Shown one piece after another: positions 61,777 to 64,000 of a stretch of 64,000 nucleotides of DNA (positions are counted from its first letter, which is position 1; each line of letters starts with the position of its first letter). The notes under the pieces were generated by a model. It was given only the letters and a program-made list of their open reading frames with translations. It did no database searches and was not told where the DNA came from. A program made the translations under genes and the position numbers. Source of the stretch: an uncultured Pseudomonadota bacterium (lineage in GTDB: Bacteria > Pseudomonadota > Alphaproteobacteria > Acetobacterales > Acetobacteraceae); assembly GCA_963736975.1 (NCBI GenBank), contig CAVTQY010000002.1, positions 364,949-428,948 on the forward strand, written 5' to 3'.

Positions 61777-62957
61777 CCGTCCTGACCGATTCGGAACGCG
61801 TTGACGCAGATGCTGAGCCATACTTCCAGCGAAAGCGCGTGCGCGTCTTCATAGGGCGCGAAACGGTCTATATGTCCGCGCAGCAGCCCCGGCATCAGCC
61901 GGTCCACCGTGCCCGGCGCATGATCCGCGTCGCCGGGCACGACCCACAGCAGGGTATTCGACCCGTAGCGGTTCAGCTCCGCGTGCAGCGGCAGCACGTC
62001 CTGCTCCGCAAGCGGCGCGTTGCGCTTGCAGACAAAGATTTTCTCTCCGGTCTGAAGATCTTCCAAAAGCTTGCGCTGTAGGAAGCCGAGCCGGCGCGCC
62101 TGCTGTGTCAGCAACCCGTCGTGATCAACATCGCCTTCGTATAGGAATGTGTGGAACACCAACGAATACTGGCGGTCGCGGATCACGTATTCACGCCTCG
62201 TCCCCGCGGCTACCCAGAATTCGAGGTTGCGGACATCGCCCAGCCCTTCGAAGCCGCGCTGCAGCCCCCAGATCAGCCGGTGCAGCTCCAAATTGGAAAA
62301 TCGCAGCAGGCCCTGCGGCTCCGCACCGCATCGGCGCTGCACCAGGCCGAACTCGCAGTTATCCCCCAGGCTCTCGAATTTCAGCATGAACTCGGCGGCG
62401 GGCAGGCCAATCAGTTTCCCGACATCTGCTGCGATCACGCCCTTCCAGGCCTCCAGCCGCTTCGGCGCCAGGTCCCCAACCAGCCGCGACAGCCGAAGAT
62501 TGCGGAAATTCACCGCCAGCCGGCGATCGTCGCGGTCATGCCCGAAGTCGGACGGCCGTGAGGCGTCCGGGTGCTCGAAGACCAACCGGACCGGACCACG
62601 GCCGGCGAACAGGCTGGCGGGAATGCGAAATCCTAGATTTGCCGGCGCGGTCAGCGTGCTCCGGCCGACGAGCGTGCCGCGAGCGAATACGCTGAGACGC
62701 TGGTGGGGAAGCTCCGGGGCTTGAAGATAGGGCGCGACGTCGAGTTCCAGGACGCAATCGCTCTCCGCGCCAGGGTTCTCGATCCAGAGCTCGCTCCACT
62801 CATTGACGGTCCAACGAAAGCCCGGCTCGTTTCCCGACCATCCGGCGCCGAGGTAATGAGTGTCATCCCCACCGGACCCAAAGGTGATGCGCAGCAGCGC
62901 CTCGGCGTTGGCCGGGGCGTGCGCCGTGGTTTGACCAGTTGTCGCTTCAGTGTCCAT
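61773..62957 (-). CDS. Conserved-looking hypothetical two-domain protein
   Basis: 394 aa. The N-half is YLGAGWSGNEPGFRWTVNEWSELWI...LELDVAPY...QRLSVFARGTLVG (beta-sandwich-like). The C-half is FESLGDNCEFGLVQRRCGAEPQGLLRFSNL. Its stop overlaps the oxidase start (ATGA). Confidence 0.55.
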   Translation of the reverse strand: MDTEATTGQTTAHAPANAEALLRITFGSGGDDTHYLGAGWSGNEPGFRWTVNEWSELWIENPGAESDCVLELDVAPYLQAPELPHQRLSVFARGTLVGRSTLTAPANLGFRIPASLFAGRGPVRLVFEHPDASRPSDFGHDRDDRRLAVNFRNLRLSRLVGDLAPKRLEAWKGVIAADVGKLIGLPAAEFMLKFESLGDNCEFGLVQRRCGAEPQGLLRFSNLELHRLIWGLQRGFEGLGDVRNLEFWVAAGTRREYVIRDRQYSLVFHTFLYEGDVDHDGLLTQQARRLGFLQRKLLEDLQTGEKIFVCKRNAPLAEQDVLPLHAELNRYGSNTLLWVVPGDADHAPGTVDRLMPGLLRGHIDRFAPYEDAHALSLEVWLSICVNAFRIGQDG

Positions 62958-63043
62958 TCAGCTCCTGCGTTGCGACAAATTCAATTCCTGTGGCGAGTAA
63001 CACGAGCAACGCGAACGCGGGAAGGCAACTGCGCGTGTGTGGA

Positions 63044-64000
63044 TCATTCCGCCGGAACTACAATCGGCGGTCGTTTCCCGGCCAACCGTTCCAGCGCCAG
63101 ATAAACAACCGGGGTGGTGTAGAGCGTCAGCATCTGCGAGACGATGAGGCCGCCGACGATGGCGATGCCGAGCGGCCGCCGCAGTTCCGCGCCGGTGCCG
63201 AAGGACAGCGCCAGCGGCATGGCGCCCAGCAGCGCGGCCAACGTCGTCATCAGGATCGGCCGGAAGCGCTCCATGCAGGCGTCGCGGATCGCCTCGGCCG
63301 GTGGAAGGCCGCGGTTCCGCTCCGCTTCCAGCGCGAAATCGACGATCATGATGCCGTTCTTCTTTACGATTCCCATCAGCAGGACGATCGCGATCATCCC
63401 CATGATGTCGAGCGGCTCGCCGGTGATCAGAAGTGCGAGCAAGGCACCCGCTCCGGCGGAGGGCAGCGTGGAAAGGATGGTCAGCGGGTGCAGCAGGCTC
63501 TCATACAGTACCCCCAGCACGATATAGATCGCGATCAAAGCGGCGGCGATCAGCAGCGGCTCCGACTGCACCGTCTGTTGCAGCCATTTCGCGTTGCCGG
63601 CAAACTCGGTGTGGACGTCGGCGGGCATGTGCAGCTCGTCCGCGGCTTTCTGCACCGCCGCCTCGGCATCGCCGAGCGCCATGCCGGGCGCCAGGTTGAA
63701 ACTCAGTGTGGCGGCGGGGAACTGACCCTGATGGCGCACGGCCAGCGGCGCGTCGCCGCGTTCGAAATGCGCCACCGCCGACAGCGGCACCTGCGTCCCG
63801 GCAGTGGAACCGACGTAAACCCGATCCAGCATGGCAGGGCTGGTTTGCAGCGCCGGGTCGGTTTCGACCACAACCTTGTACTGGTTGCGTTGAGTATAAA
63901 TGGTCGAGACCTGGCGCTGCGCGAAGGCATTGTTCAGCGCATTGTCGATGTCCGTTGTCCTGACCCCAAGCCGGGCAGCGGCGGCGCGATCGATCACCAC
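63044..64000 (-). CDS. RND efflux permease (AcrB/MdtC family), C-terminal part; N-terminus beyond right edge
   Basis: ...NAFAQRQVSTIYTQRNQYKVVVE..., TM10-12 region LLIAAALIAIYIVLGVLYESLLHPLTILSTLPSAGAGALLAL..., VKKNGIMIVDFALEAER. Confidence 0.9.
   Translation of the reverse strand: MVIDRAAAARLGVRTTDIDNALNNAFAQRQVSTIYTQRNQYKVVVETDPALQTSPAMLDRVYVGSTAGTQVPLSAVAHFERGDAPLAVRHQGQFPAATLSFNLAPGMALGDAEAAVQKAADELHMPADVHTEFAGNAKWLQQTVQSEPLLIAAALIAIYIVLGVLYESLLHPLTILSTLPSAGAGALLALLITGEPLDIMGMIAIVLLMGIVKKNGIMIVDFALEAERNRGLPPAEAIRDACMERFRPILMTTLAALLGAMPLALSFGTGAELRRPLGIAIVGGLIVSQMLTLYTTPVVYLALERLAGKRPPIVVPAE

Overview
This is a high-GC, alphaproteobacterial-type chromosomal segment, judged from an NDUFA12-like gene, hisZ, a long-form serC, an HpnG-like phosphorylase and typical GC-rich REP hairpins. 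About 60 genes and 2 tRNAs are supported. The backbone carries mlaD (partial), purF-cvpA, yghU, radA, polA, serC-serA, accB-accC-aroQ, a Zur-linked Tro/Znu-type metal ABC importer, purA-hisZ, a 7-gene sugar-acid-like catabolic cluster and a partial RND pump. Three accessory patches interrupt it. (1) 10.4-19.8 kb holds a DUF4160/DUF2442 pair, a frameshifted TPR gene, a degenerate mazEF, a 1264-aa CHAT protease-STAND NTPase-TPR protein with a translationally coupled small ORF, and a repeat-flanked GIY-YIG gene. Two of these inserts are bracketed by diverged duplicates of the 3' end of the neighbouring host gene. (2) 26.8-36.5 kb lies between tRNA-Arg(CCG) and tRNA-Asn(GTT). It holds a DUF4214/FkbM methyltransferase, a secreted beta-helix protein, efflux-pump gene fragments, a 4 x 32-bp iteron-like array and a decayed MmeI-like DNA methyltransferase. 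(3) 46.2-47.6 kb is a visibly AT-richer islet with two small secreted proteins. The best candidate for an undescribed system is the CHAT-STAND-TPR gene plus its downstream partner (14277-18450). At least ten single-base frame disruptions, several at G/C runs, were found by hand; they may be real gene decay or assembly indels. All coordinates, alignments and composition statements are manual. No database search, HMM or GC calculation was possible.
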